DNA of 64,000 nt from an uncultured bacterium (GTDB lineage Bacteria > Omnitrophota > Gorgyraeia > Ghiorseimicrobiales > Ghiorseimicrobiaceae). Both the position numbers and the translations under genes were made by a program. The number at the start of each line of letters is the position of its first letter. The stretch's first letter is position 1. This document shows positions 10,015-18,908 of the stretch, in pieces. The stretch is from contig CAJVXN010000002.1 in the NCBI GenBank assembly GCA_913009335.1, forward strand, positions 11,981 through 75,980, given 5' to 3'. The notes beneath the pieces were generated by a model. It was not told the origin of the DNA, did not search any database, and worked only from the letters and a program-made list of their open reading frames with translations.

Positions 10015-10617
10015 TTATTTTTTATCCTCCTCTACCCTCGTTACTTTCATTATGATGTTTCCGCCGTCCGGGCATGTTACGGTATCAATTGAGTCCGGAT
10101 TATCCATAAAGGAAAACTTTGCTCCGAAATTAAGCGCAAAAAGCGCCGGGAACGCGGTATGAAATGCCGCTCCGCAAAATCCGGGGATACACTTAAGTCC
10201 GGTTGTCTCCCATTTATCTCCCATTTTATACCCAAAGTGACATTTACCTTTAGCCTTTACTATCTCAATTACCATCTTTTTTGGTTTTGGGCCCTTATGG
10301 TTCGGGTCCTTGGGGATATTTTGTATTTTATCGCTGTCCTTCTCGAATATTTCCGCTTTAAATTCAAGCTTTCCGCCGTCCGGGCATGTTACAAGTAATG
10401 AGCGTTGATTATCCCGAAATGGAAACTTTGCTCCGAAACTTAAAGCATAGATTACGGGAAATAATACGTGCGCAAGCCCCAAGCAAAAATACTTTGGCGG
10501 ATGGGTAAAATCTTCTAGGATTAATTCATCACCTTTTTTATACCCGTGGTAGCAGTGCCCGTAGACATTTTCAACGGTGAGTTTTAATCTGGGAAATGGC
10601 GTATCAGGCTTTGACAT
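10015..10617 (-). CDS. Tandem TIGR04076-like domain protein (Cys-rich, unknown function)
   Basis: Two repeats of G.C..GYK.GD...FC...H..FP...AL.FGAKF.F......VTCPDGG; the duplication is visible at DNA level. Confidence 0.7.
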   Translation of the reverse strand: MSKPDTPFPRLKLTVENVYGHCYHGYKKGDELILEDFTHPPKYFCLGLAHVLFPVIYALSFGAKFPFRDNQRSLLVTCPDGGKLEFKAEIFEKDSDKIQNIPKDPNHKGPKPKKMVIEIVKAKGKCHFGYKMGDKWETTGLKCIPGFCGAAFHTAFPALFALNFGAKFSFMDNPDSIDTVTCPDGGNIIMKVTRVEEDKK

Positions 10618-10625
10618 AAGATCTC

Positions 10626-11633
10626 CTAATTATTAATAAATTCTTTCGTTTCTTTAATTAATTCTTTTTTCGTGAAAAATCGTTTTGTATCTTCGACTTC
10701 ATAGACCATGGCAATTAGTTTGTCGTTTAGGCCGGCGGATAAGTTATTTGCCTTGGCTAGTCTTACAAATTCTCCGTTTATGTAATTGATTTCTGATTTT
10801 CGGTTTCTTTTTATGCTTTGTAGTATTGAGCCGTATAGGGGTTCTTTGCTTAGATTGGACATAATTTGCGAATATGTTTTTGCTGCATTACGTAGTGGTA
10901 TGGATGTGAGTTTGGTTACGCGCTCAACAGGAAAATCAGGTAGTGAAACTAGCTTCACATTTGCCGTTTCTACGATATTCAGCCCTTCTTTCCAGATGCT
11001 TATCGCTATAGCGCTGATATCGATATTGCGAAAGGCCTCCTGCATGCTGATGCCTAGTATTGCCGCAATGCAGTTATTTGCATTTACGAATATTTTCAAG
11101 TATTTCATTGCTTTGATATCATCGCTTATTACTACGTTAAATGCGTCATTGATTGTTTTCTTTATATCATCTATGTCTTTATCGGCTTTTGTTCCAAGTT
11201 TACCGATTATCCAGCTTCCTTCAAAGTTGTGTACTATCTTACCGGAATATAGGCAAGTTGCCCCAAACATTACAATGCTGGATATGATATTATCTTCTGG
11301 TATGTAGTCGGCCACAATATTGTCCGTTTCCACACCGTTTTGAGTAGTCATGATAAGAGAGTTTTTAATAAAATCAAAATTATCTTTTATTGCGGATTCG
11401 ATATCCTGGGTTTTAGTAGTAAGTATCACTAAATCCGGCTGATATATTAATTTTTCATGCGCCTCAATTTTTATATTTAGCTTTCCTTTTACGCCGGAAA
11501 TAATAAGGCCCTCTTGATTTATTCTACCAACCGATTCTTTACGTGCGGCTAGAGTTACATCACTCCCATTTAATTTTAGATATCCGGCAACAAGTCCACC
11601 GATAGCACCCGCGCCGATTACTGTAATTTTCAC
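10626..11633 (-). CDS. Ketopantoate reductase (PanE/ApbA) family oxidoreductase
   Basis: GAGAIGG, TTK, QNG, K...N...N, S..QS, SEI.YING. Confidence 0.85.
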   Translation of the reverse strand: MKITVIGAGAIGGLVAGYLKLNGSDVTLAARKESVGRINQEGLIISGVKGKLNIKIEAHEKLIYQPDLVILTTKTQDIESAIKDNFDFIKNSLIMTTQNGVETDNIVADYIPEDNIISSIVMFGATCLYSGKIVHNFEGSWIIGKLGTKADKDIDDIKKTINDAFNVVISDDIKAMKYLKIFVNANNCIAAILGISMQEAFRNIDISAIAISIWKEGLNIVETANVKLVSLPDFPVERVTKLTSIPLRNAAKTYSQIMSNLSKEPLYGSILQSIKRNRKSEINYINGEFVRLAKANNLSAGLNDKLIAMVYEVEDTKRFFTKKELIKETKEFINN

Positions 11634-11643
11634 GCATTACTCC

Positions 11644-11901
11644 TTATTTACCAAATCCATATTTTTTATAATCAAATCCGCTTTTTTCAAGCAGCCGGAC
11701 CATCATGCTATAGAAAGGCGAGGGTACATCAGAAAAAAACGCGTTAATTATATCTTCTTCATCTACTTCCCCTGCTTTGCGCGCTAGAGCATTTTCTTCG
11801 GCTTTTTTGGTTACGACACTTTCTGTAATTCTGCGATGAAAAACAGGAATTTTTTCAATCATGGATTTAAACTTTGCCTCAACCTCATTGTTCCATTTCA
11901 T
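11644..11901 (-). CDS. Small PCP_red-like domain protein
   Basis: MKW..E.E.....IP.F.R......K.AE..A resembles the protochlorophyllide-reductase C-terminal domain. Confidence 0.55.
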   Translation of the reverse strand: MKWNNEVEAKFKSMIEKIPVFHRRITESVVTKKAEENALARKAGEVDEEDIINAFFSDVPSPFYSMMVRLLEKSGFDYKKYGFGK

Positions 11902-11921
11902 TCTTTTTGCTCCTTATACGA

Positions 11922-12131
11922 TTAAAAATATCTAATGACTTCTAGCGGCTTTAATAATTGATTGATAAGAGTATTTTCTTTTTTACCTTTTTGGTATTTT
12001 TCTAAAGATATCTCGCTGCGGTAGAAGTGCCGTTTTAATTCTGTCGCATTGCCTGGCAGCATCTTGTTTGCTTTATAGATATAGATAGATATGTAAATAA
12101 TAAATAAAACCAGAAGTATTTTCTTTAGCAT
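11922..12131 (-). CDS. Small membrane-anchored hypothetical protein
   Basis: Strong SD GAGGAGG; N-terminal hydrophobic helix. Confidence 0.55.
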   Translation of the reverse strand: MLKKILLVLFIIYISIYIYKANKMLPGNATELKRHFYRSEISLEKYQKGKKENTLINQLLKPLEVIRYF

Positions 12132-12151
12132 TTTTATTCCTCCTCATTAAC

Positions 12152-13633
12152 TTATGCAAACCAAGAAGTAACCAAAGATTTACCTGTCGGGTTTAGATCG
12201 ATGTTTACATGTTTGGTCTCTGTGTATTCCAGAAGCCCTTCCTTACCTAGCTCGCGTCCGATGCCGCTTTCTTTGTATCCGCCGAATGGCGCTTCATTAT
12301 AGAAACCGCCGAAGGTATTAATCCATACTGTGCCGGAGAGCATTTGCTTAGCTATTCGGTTTGCGCGGTTTAAGTTTTTTGTCCAGACCATGCTTGCTAA
12401 TCCAAATCTGGTATCATTGGCGATTGCTATTGCATCTTGTTCTTTTGTGAATTTAATTATTGATAGTACGGGGCCGAAAATTTCTTCTTGGGCAATACGC
12501 ATGTTGTTTGTAACATTTGCAAATATTGTCGGCTCAAGATAAAATCCTTTTTCTAATTCTCTATCTTCAGGGATATTCCCGCCGTAAAGAAGCTTTGCCT
12601 CTTTTTTACCTATTTCTATGTAATTAATAATAGATTTTCTGTGTTCTTTTGATATGATTGGCCCAAAATCCGTATCAGAGGCAAGGGCATTTCCGATTTT
12701 TAACTTTTTGGTTTTATCAAGCAGCAGTTCTACAAATTTATCGTATATTTTATCTTCCAGGATAAGCCGTGAACCGGCAACGCACATCTGTCCCTGATTC
12801 ATGAATATTGCGCTCATCGCTCCCCCGACTGCTGCTTCTAAGTCGCAATCGGCAAATACTATGTTGGGGCTTTTACCGCCTAATTCCAGGCATACCTTTT
12901 TGGTGTTTTCTGAGGCGAGCTTCATAACCTCGCGACCGGCTGCATTTCCTCCTGTGAAAGAAATCATATTTACTAGTTTGTTTTTTGAAAGTGTCCTGCC
13001 TACTTCATCGCCTTTGCCAGTTACGATATTTACTACTCCCTGCGGTAATTCTATTCTTTCGAATATCTTGGCTAATTCCAGGCATGTTAAGGATGCAAGT
13101 TGTGAGGGTTTAAAGATAACGCTATTTCCCATTATAATAGCGGGGGCAATTTTCCATGCAGCCATTAGCAGTGGGTAGTTCCAGGGTATGATTTGACCTA
13201 TTACGCCTATTGGCTCACGTAATGTGAAGCTAAAGGCCGGATTGTGTATAGGTATGGTTTCACCTTTAATACTTGTCCCAGCAGCTGCGAAATATTCAAA
13301 AGCCGATGCCGCTGTCGGGATATCAATAAAAGTTGTCTGCTTTGTGGTTTTTCCGGTATCTTTTGATTCAAGATTCGCTAAATTATATGCCTCTTCTCTG
13401 ATTATTTGCGCGATTTTGTATAAGTACTGGGCACGTTCAGCAATGGGCATTTTAGGCCACTCGCCCGTATCAAAAGCCTTCCTTGCTGAGCCAATAGCAG
13501 TTTCAGTATCAAGGGTTGTTGCTTGTGGATATGCCGCGATGGTCTCGTTTGTTGAGGGGTTGATGCTTTCTATTTTCTTTTTATTGCTGCTGTCTACCCA
13601 TTTACCATCGATGTACATCTTATATTCATTCAT
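12152..13633 (-). CDS. Aldehyde dehydrogenase
   Basis: PWNYP, FTGG, LELGGKSP, NQGQMC, EEIFGP; start placed at MNEY (SD GGAG) because the upstream GTG at 13705 lies in the tandem repeat. Confidence 0.93.
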   Translation of the reverse strand: MNEYKMYIDGKWVDSSNKKKIESINPSTNETIAAYPQATTLDTETAIGSARKAFDTGEWPKMPIAERAQYLYKIAQIIREEAYNLANLESKDTGKTTKQTTFIDIPTAASAFEYFAAAGTSIKGETIPIHNPAFSFTLREPIGVIGQIIPWNYPLLMAAWKIAPAIIMGNSVIFKPSQLASLTCLELAKIFERIELPQGVVNIVTGKGDEVGRTLSKNKLVNMISFTGGNAAGREVMKLASENTKKVCLELGGKSPNIVFADCDLEAAVGGAMSAIFMNQGQMCVAGSRLILEDKIYDKFVELLLDKTKKLKIGNALASDTDFGPIISKEHRKSIINYIEIGKKEAKLLYGGNIPEDRELEKGFYLEPTIFANVTNNMRIAQEEIFGPVLSIIKFTKEQDAIAIANDTRFGLASMVWTKNLNRANRIAKQMLSGTVWINTFGGFYNEAPFGGYKESGIGRELGKEGLLEYTETKHVNIDLNPTGKSLVTSWFA

Positions 13634-13696
13634 CTTATTCTCCGTAACTTCAGATTTTATATTAACCTTTGTACACCTACGAGGTGTACATGGTTT

Positions 13697-14054
13697 ATTC
13701 AGCACATTCTCCTAAGCAAACTAAGACCATCTTCGATGATTTTAGTTTAGGAATCAGTACTAATTCGGAAGTATAACTTATATCGCTCTTTGAGCTCTAT
13801 AAGTTATGTCCTCATTCAGCACATTCTTCTAAGCAAACTAAGACCATCTTCGATGATTTTAGTTTAGGAATCAGTACTAATTCGGAAGTATAACTTATAT
13901 CGCTCTTTGAGCTCTATAAGTTATGTCCTCATTCAGCACATTCTCCTAAGCAAACTAAGACCATCTTCGATGATTTTAGTTTAGGAATCAGTACTAATTC
14001 GGAAGTATAACTTATATCGCTCTTTGAGCTCTATAAGTTATGTCCTCATTCAGC
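13697..14054. repeat. Tandem repeat, 3 x 117 bp plus a 7-bp partial
   Basis: Units start at 13697, 13814, 13931 (partial at 14048); one substitution seen in unit 2; each unit has two hairpins. Confidence 0.95.
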
Positions 14055-15044
14055 CGGGGCTAACTTCCAAAGGTCAAATATGCGGTTAAACGGCGCATAC
14101 CACCGGGACAGTTTTGCCATATCCCCTTTTAATTTAAGCTTGCGTTGTGTTGTGGCCGCAAACGGGTCCAATTTCCTGCTAAAAACAAGTCTCCAGTAGA
14201 CTATGGATCCGGATATTACAAACTCTGCCGTTTCGTCATTGGTTACTTTATCAATGTTTCCTTTATTAAAATGAAAGTTATATACCTTATTTTCTTCATC
14301 TACCTTTATAGCGAGTCTAGTAGTTAAGTCCAGGCTCTTCCCTTTTTCTTTTATCTGGCTATCGTTATTAACCAGGCTTACGATTTTATCAATATGCTCT
14401 TTTGAGAAAAGTTTGTATTTTTTTAATTCTTCACTGGGGTCATCTGTTTTCGGTAAATCTACTTTGTCCTTTTGTGGATTTGATTGTAAGGCAATATTTA
14501 CCTTGCAGGTTTCATCCAGCATTTGGGTTAAAGAAAATGCCTGCTTGAAGTCTGAGCCTATTGATACAATACCGTGTCTTTTAAGGACAACAATGTTACT
14601 GGTTTCCAGGGCTTTTAATACGGGCTTGACGTTAGTTACTATGGGCCCGTCTTGCTCAAGTGCGGTTATATTGGAGAGATAAAGGCGCGCTTCAAAGTTA
14701 TTAATTTCTAAATTTTTAAAATTAGAATAAAACGCGGTAGTAAACGCGGGATGCGCGTGTATTACCGCGTTGACCTCTTCAAATTTATACGCGCCTAAGT
14801 GAAGGGCTAGTTCGCTTGTGGGTTTAGAGTCGTTTTTATCTAAAACATTTCCTGATTTATCGATTAAAACTATTTCATCCTCTTCCAGGTATCCTAAGTA
14901 GGCATTATGGGTAGTGACTAAAAATTTATCTTTATCTACCCTTACGGATATATTACCTACCGGGCCACAGACAAAGGATCTGTTGGCTAGTTCTTTGGCC
15001 CAGAATAGTATCTCATCTCGTTTATCTTTGTATAGGGTTTTCAT
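14046..15044 (-). CDS. Class II aldolase (FucA/MtnB-like) fused to a C-terminal SCP2 sterol/lipid-binding domain
   Basis: GNISVR, PTSE..LH, VIHAHP, LKRHG; C-terminal ...LDPFAA..Q.KLKLKGD SCP2 signature. Confidence 0.85.
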   Translation of the reverse strand: MKTLYKDKRDEILFWAKELANRSFVCGPVGNISVRVDKDKFLVTTHNAYLGYLEEDEIVLIDKSGNVLDKNDSKPTSELALHLGAYKFEEVNAVIHAHPAFTTAFYSNFKNLEINNFEARLYLSNITALEQDGPIVTNVKPVLKALETSNIVVLKRHGIVSIGSDFKQAFSLTQMLDETCKVNIALQSNPQKDKVDLPKTDDPSEELKKYKLFSKEHIDKIVSLVNNDSQIKEKGKSLDLTTRLAIKVDEENKVYNFHFNKGNIDKVTNDETAEFVISGSIVYWRLVFSRKLDPFAATTQRKLKLKGDMAKLSRWYAPFNRIFDLWKLAPAE

Positions 15045-15538
15045 GATATTACCTCATTTTGTGGTTTTAGGGTCTTAATTTTTTTTATGCTTACTCTTTT
15101 ACCTAAAAATGTTGATGCGTCTTTATCGGTCAGGGGCATTTTTTTAAGTTGGCCCGCATTAGTTATTTCTACCGGAATTTTATGGAAGTCCGCGAGTATT
15201 TTTACCCCTAAAGCGCCCGGTAGAAAAATATTCCCGTTTGTTTTAAACAGGTATACTTTTTTAATATGCCGCATAAAGAATAAATGCCCTAACGCGCTAT
15301 CGCAGATAAGCGTTGATTTCATCTTTTTCTTTTTTAGTTCTTTCGCCAATATTTTCGCGCCAAATAGGCTTGGCCGCGTTTCACAAAATAATATATTTTC
15401 TTTTTTGTGCCTGGCGTAAAAATCTCTATCCGGCATTCCGTATATTAGTGTGTAAGTTTTTACCCCGTTAGAGATAGGTCGTCTTTCCGACGACCGTTTA
15501 TTAGTATTAGATTTATTAGCTACGCGTTTCTTTTTCAT
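15041..15538 (-). CDS. Truncated/degenerate eIF2B/MtnA-like protein; N-terminus derived from a MITE
   Basis: CETRP..FG, LICDSALG motifs of the MtnA C-terminal domain; first 26 residues encoded by MITE copy 3. Confidence 0.6.
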   Translation of the reverse strand: MKKKRVANKSNTNKRSSERRPISNGVKTYTLIYGMPDRDFYARHKKENILFCETRPSLFGAKILAKELKKKKMKSTLICDSALGHLFFMRHIKKVYLFKTNGNIFLPGALGVKILADFHKIPVEITNAGQLKKMPLTDKDASTFLGKRVSIKKIKTLKPQNEVIS

Positions 15539-15587
15539 AATTGATCCGTATTTTTATAAATACGTATAATAGTTATCTCTAACGGGG
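15463..15587. mobile_element. MITE family A copy 3
   Basis: TIRs; flanks TTTA/TTAA; hairpin GGTCGTC-TTTCC-GACGACC. Confidence 0.85.
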
Positions 15588-15594
15588 TTAAGTT

Positions 15595-16590
15595 TTACCA
15601 TTTTTTTGCAAATTCCTCCGGAGTATATATACGGTCAAAAAATATTAGCCCGTTTATCAGATAATTAGGCACAACATCAAAAGCAGGATATATCGCGTCT
15701 TGATTGCCGGAGGTTATACGCGTGTTGCGGAATTTCAGCATTTCTTCTTTTGGCCGGTATTCGATTTTTATATCTTTGATAGTTTTTGTTTGGCCGGGGG
15801 GCTGAACAAAAGAGTAAAACGGTATCCCGAAATGCCTGCTTAGCACCGCTAACTGGTATGTCCCTATTTTATTTACAATATCGCCTTGTTGTGTTGAGCG
15901 GTCCGATCCGACAAGAACCATGTCTATGCGGCACCTTTTTAATATGTCCGCGGCTTGAATATCGCATAAAAGATATATATTAATGCCGGCTTGATGTATC
16001 TCCCACGCGCTCAGGCGTGAACCTTGGAAATAAGGACGGGTTTCAGTTACAAAAAATTCTATTGCTTTACCCATTTTTTGCGCTTCCGCTGCGACAGCTA
16101 CGAGTTCACCGGATACATTGCAGTGGGTTAGAATCTTAGCAGAATTAGGCAGCATGTTTGCCACCAGCTTTGCGCGATACCTGCGGGCGTTCTGTACGGA
16201 ATTTATATATGTAAAGACAGAATTTTTAAGAGATTCGATAAAAACAGCATTATTTGTGTTTTTTAGCATCTTTAGTAGTTCGCTTTGTAATTGAGTAAAT
16301 GCAAATGTGGGACGTGCTGCGGCAAACTTTTTAGTTATTGACCCTGAAAGTTTAGTGAATTTAGAAAGCGAATTTATCTTTTTATTCTTCGCCTCTAGAA
16401 TTAATATATAGTAAAAAAGGAGCACTTGTCCAAATGCGCGCGTTTTCATACTTTTTAATACAGAGACGGCACCTTTTAAGTTTTTGACTTTTATGCGTGT
16501 TTCTTTAAACGGCAGGGCGGTTTCATCCAGCACGGATATGTGTCCGCCTTTGTAAGCAACCGGATTAAAAAGTGGTGATTCGGCTATCAT
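15595..16590 (-). CDS. mtnA: MtnA-like ribose-1-phosphate isomerase (eIF2B family), divergent
   Basis: LDET.LP, ARPT, ILTHCN, ETRPYFQGSRLSAWE, VGSDR, NKIGTY, PAFDV.P. Confidence 0.8.
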   Translation of the reverse strand: MIAESPLFNPVAYKGGHISVLDETALPFKETRIKVKNLKGAVSVLKSMKTRAFGQVLLFYYILILEAKNKKINSLSKFTKLSGSITKKFAAARPTFAFTQLQSELLKMLKNTNNAVFIESLKNSVFTYINSVQNARRYRAKLVANMLPNSAKILTHCNVSGELVAVAAEAQKMGKAIEFFVTETRPYFQGSRLSAWEIHQAGINIYLLCDIQAADILKRCRIDMVLVGSDRSTQQGDIVNKIGTYQLAVLSRHFGIPFYSFVQPPGQTKTIKDIKIEYRPKEEMLKFRNTRITSGNQDAIYPAFDVVPNYLINGLIFFDRIYTPEEFAKKW

Positions 16591-17336
16591 TTTTTCTCTC
16601 TAATTTTGATTGTTTCAAGGGCTACCTGGATAATTTTTTGCTCGCCTTCGTAATAGTCCATATTCGTAAAACCCATTTCTCCTGTGATTACATTATCGGA
16701 TACGGCAAGTATCGCGGCAGCTTTGGAGTTATTGAGTTGGGCGATAGTTAGAAAACTTGATGAAACCATATCTACCGCAATTGCCCCCAGGGATATGTAT
16801 TTTTCAACGATTTCTTTGGTTTCACGTAATAAAGCATCAGTTGTCCATATTGGCCCTTTGTGGTAGCGTACGCCTAATTTTTCTGCCGCCTCAACAAGGC
16901 TTTGTGTCAGTTCTTCGTCTGCGGCTGTTTTGAAGGAATCTTCGACATAATAAGGGGTTACCCCATCTCCGCGTATTATATCGGTTGCGATAATAATATC
17001 GCCGATTTTAATATCGTCTCGTAAGGCACCGCAGGAGCCGGTACGGATAAGATTTCCTACTCCGCCATTTGTGAGGATTTCCGAGCTAATTGCACTATCT
17101 GCGGAGTATCTACCGCCGTTACCGACTGTTACTTTTGTGCCTAAGAAATCTCCGGAATAGAAAGTATATTCCATGAAAGAAAAATTGCGCACCGGTTCTT
17201 TTATGTGTTTTAAGATGGCATCGCGCCTATCAACAGGACCCGGGACTATTGCGTAGTTTCCGAAGTCACCAGGCTTTATTTGAAGCATTCCCAGTAATTC
17301 TTTTGCGGTTAAATGGATGTCTTTTTTCATGTTCAT
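16587..17336 (-). CDS. Nucleoside phosphorylase (PNP/UDP family)
   Basis: VPGPVDR, IRTGSCGAL, IRGDG.T..Y, TTDA..RET, AVDM, VSD. Confidence 0.88.
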   Translation of the reverse strand: MNMKKDIHLTAKELLGMLQIKPGDFGNYAIVPGPVDRRDAILKHIKEPVRNFSFMEYTFYSGDFLGTKVTVGNGGRYSADSAISSEILTNGGVGNLIRTGSCGALRDDIKIGDIIIATDIIRGDGVTPYYVEDSFKTAADEELTQSLVEAAEKLGVRYHKGPIWTTDALLRETKEIVEKYISLGAIAVDMVSSSFLTIAQLNNSKAAAILAVSDNVITGEMGFTNMDYYEGEQKIIQVALETIKIREKK

Positions 17337-17340
17337 TTTA

Positions 17341-18840
17341 TTAGCTCCTTGTTAATGCTGTTTTATCTATTTTTCCTGTACGGTTTTTAGGGAAAGTATC
17401 TACGAATTTAACTGTCTGCGGAACTTTAAATTGCGCTAAATGCTTCTGGCAGAATATTCTTAACTTGCTTTCGGATAAATCACTCTCCTTGTCCTTGATC
17501 ACAAAGGCTTTGATTGCTTCCCCTCTTAATTTATCAGCAATACCGATAACAGCTGCCTCTACTACATCTTTGTGCTTATGAATTACAGCTTCGACCTCCG
17601 GCGCGTAAACAAGCTGTCCGGATATTTTTATCATTTCTTTTTTTCTGTCGACAATATACAGAAACCCATCTTTATCAAATCTGCCTAGATCGCCCGTGTA
17701 AAACCAGTTATTTTTTATTACTCGGGATGTTTCCTCGGGGTTTTTATAGTATTCTTTCATGATCACCCAGCTTTTTAGGGTAATCTCCCCTATGGTATTC
17801 TGAGGAAGTTCTTTATCCTTATCATCGACGATTCTAATATCAATCCATGGTGCGGGCTTACCCACACTTTTAATATTCTTACTTCCTAAAGGAATAACGG
17901 TATTCGGCGGGCATGTTTCTGTTAGCCCCCAGCCGTTTAAAAGATGTGTTTTAGGGCAGTATTCTTGAAAGCGCTTGAGCGCGTCAGGCGCGCTTGGAGC
18001 TCCGAAAACTACCATCCAGCGCAGGCTGGAAAGATCATACTTTTCGAATTCCTTTAATTGTAATATCGCATAATACATTGAGGGTACTATATGAAAACAG
18101 GTAACTTTATATTTAGCAATGTTTTTTAAAAATTCCAAAGGTGAGAACCTTTCCATAAGCACGAGCGTGATATTGTAGATAATGCAATTTTGAAGATAGA
18201 TTAATCCCGCGCTATGTGAAAGCGGCAGAGGACAAAGCTTAGTGTCTTTTTCAGTTAAGTCAACGAAGTATTTCATGGCTTCAGGAGAGCCGGATAGGTG
18301 CCGGTAGCTTAATAATACTCCTTTTGGGTTACCGGATGTCCCTGAGGTATATAATATTAGTGAATTATCGTCTTGGGATATCGCAGGCTCCGTAAATTTA
18401 GGCTCCGCGTTATTTAATATTTCACTGAATTTTAAAAAGTCCCGCTTTTCATTATCGATGAGGATGATTTTTTCTAATGATTTAATTTTATTCTTTAGTT
18501 CTTTAAGCGGGATATTTGCTTTATACTTGGTAATAAGGATTTTGGCCCCTGAATGGTTTAGGCATGATACAATCTCCTCCTCCTTGAGCATGAAATCCAG
18601 AGGGATAACACATAACCCCAGACAAAATGCGGCAAGATAGCTGTATACATACTGCGGGCAATTGGGTAGATATATTGCAATTTTATCCTGAGCTTTTATG
18701 CCTAATTTTTCTAATCCTGCGGCAAGTTGAAAAGCGGCATTTTTTAGCCCAACGGATGTTATTGTTTCATCCTTAAATATTAACGCAGGTTTATCGGGAG
18801 ATCCGGCAGCATTTCTAGCTAATAATTGTTTTGTATTCAT
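17341..18840 (-). CDS. Acyl-CoA/acyl-AMP ligase (adenylate-forming)
   Basis: YTSGTSGNPKG, GWGLTET, TGDLG, DRKKEMI, GKIDK. Confidence 0.92.
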   Translation of the reverse strand: MNTKQLLARNAAGSPDKPALIFKDETITSVGLKNAAFQLAAGLEKLGIKAQDKIAIYLPNCPQYVYSYLAAFCLGLCVIPLDFMLKEEEIVSCLNHSGAKILITKYKANIPLKELKNKIKSLEKIILIDNEKRDFLKFSEILNNAEPKFTEPAISQDDNSLILYTSGTSGNPKGVLLSYRHLSGSPEAMKYFVDLTEKDTKLCPLPLSHSAGLIYLQNCIIYNITLVLMERFSPLEFLKNIAKYKVTCFHIVPSMYYAILQLKEFEKYDLSSLRWMVVFGAPSAPDALKRFQEYCPKTHLLNGWGLTETCPPNTVIPLGSKNIKSVGKPAPWIDIRIVDDKDKELPQNTIGEITLKSWVIMKEYYKNPEETSRVIKNNWFYTGDLGRFDKDGFLYIVDRKKEMIKISGQLVYAPEVEAVIHKHKDVVEAAVIGIADKLRGEAIKAFVIKDKESDLSESKLRIFCQKHLAQFKVPQTVKFVDTFPKNRTGKIDKTALTRS

Positions 18841-18846
18841 GAGATT

Positions 18847-18908
18847 ATAGTAAAATTTGACTATCTAAATAATAGTAAAATTTTACTAAATATTTACCAA
18901 TAAGTCAA
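18847..18908 (-). promoter_or_regulatory. Sigma70-like promoter of the PKS operon with two palindromic operators
   Basis: Minus strand TTGACT-17 bp-TAAAAT; palindromes ATAGTAAAATTTGACTAT (18847-18864) and ATAGTAAAATTTTACTA (18872-18888). Confidence 0.65.

Noticed and set aside
13634-13705. N-terminal extensions of ALDH (also aroB 55759-55785, SH3 57178-57255, small basic protein 57687-57710)
   Set aside because: They run through repeat elements or hairpins; downstream starts fit the protein families better and mostly have SD sequences
13697-14054. CRISPR array
   Set aside because: The units are identical end to end with no unique spacers, and no cas genes are present
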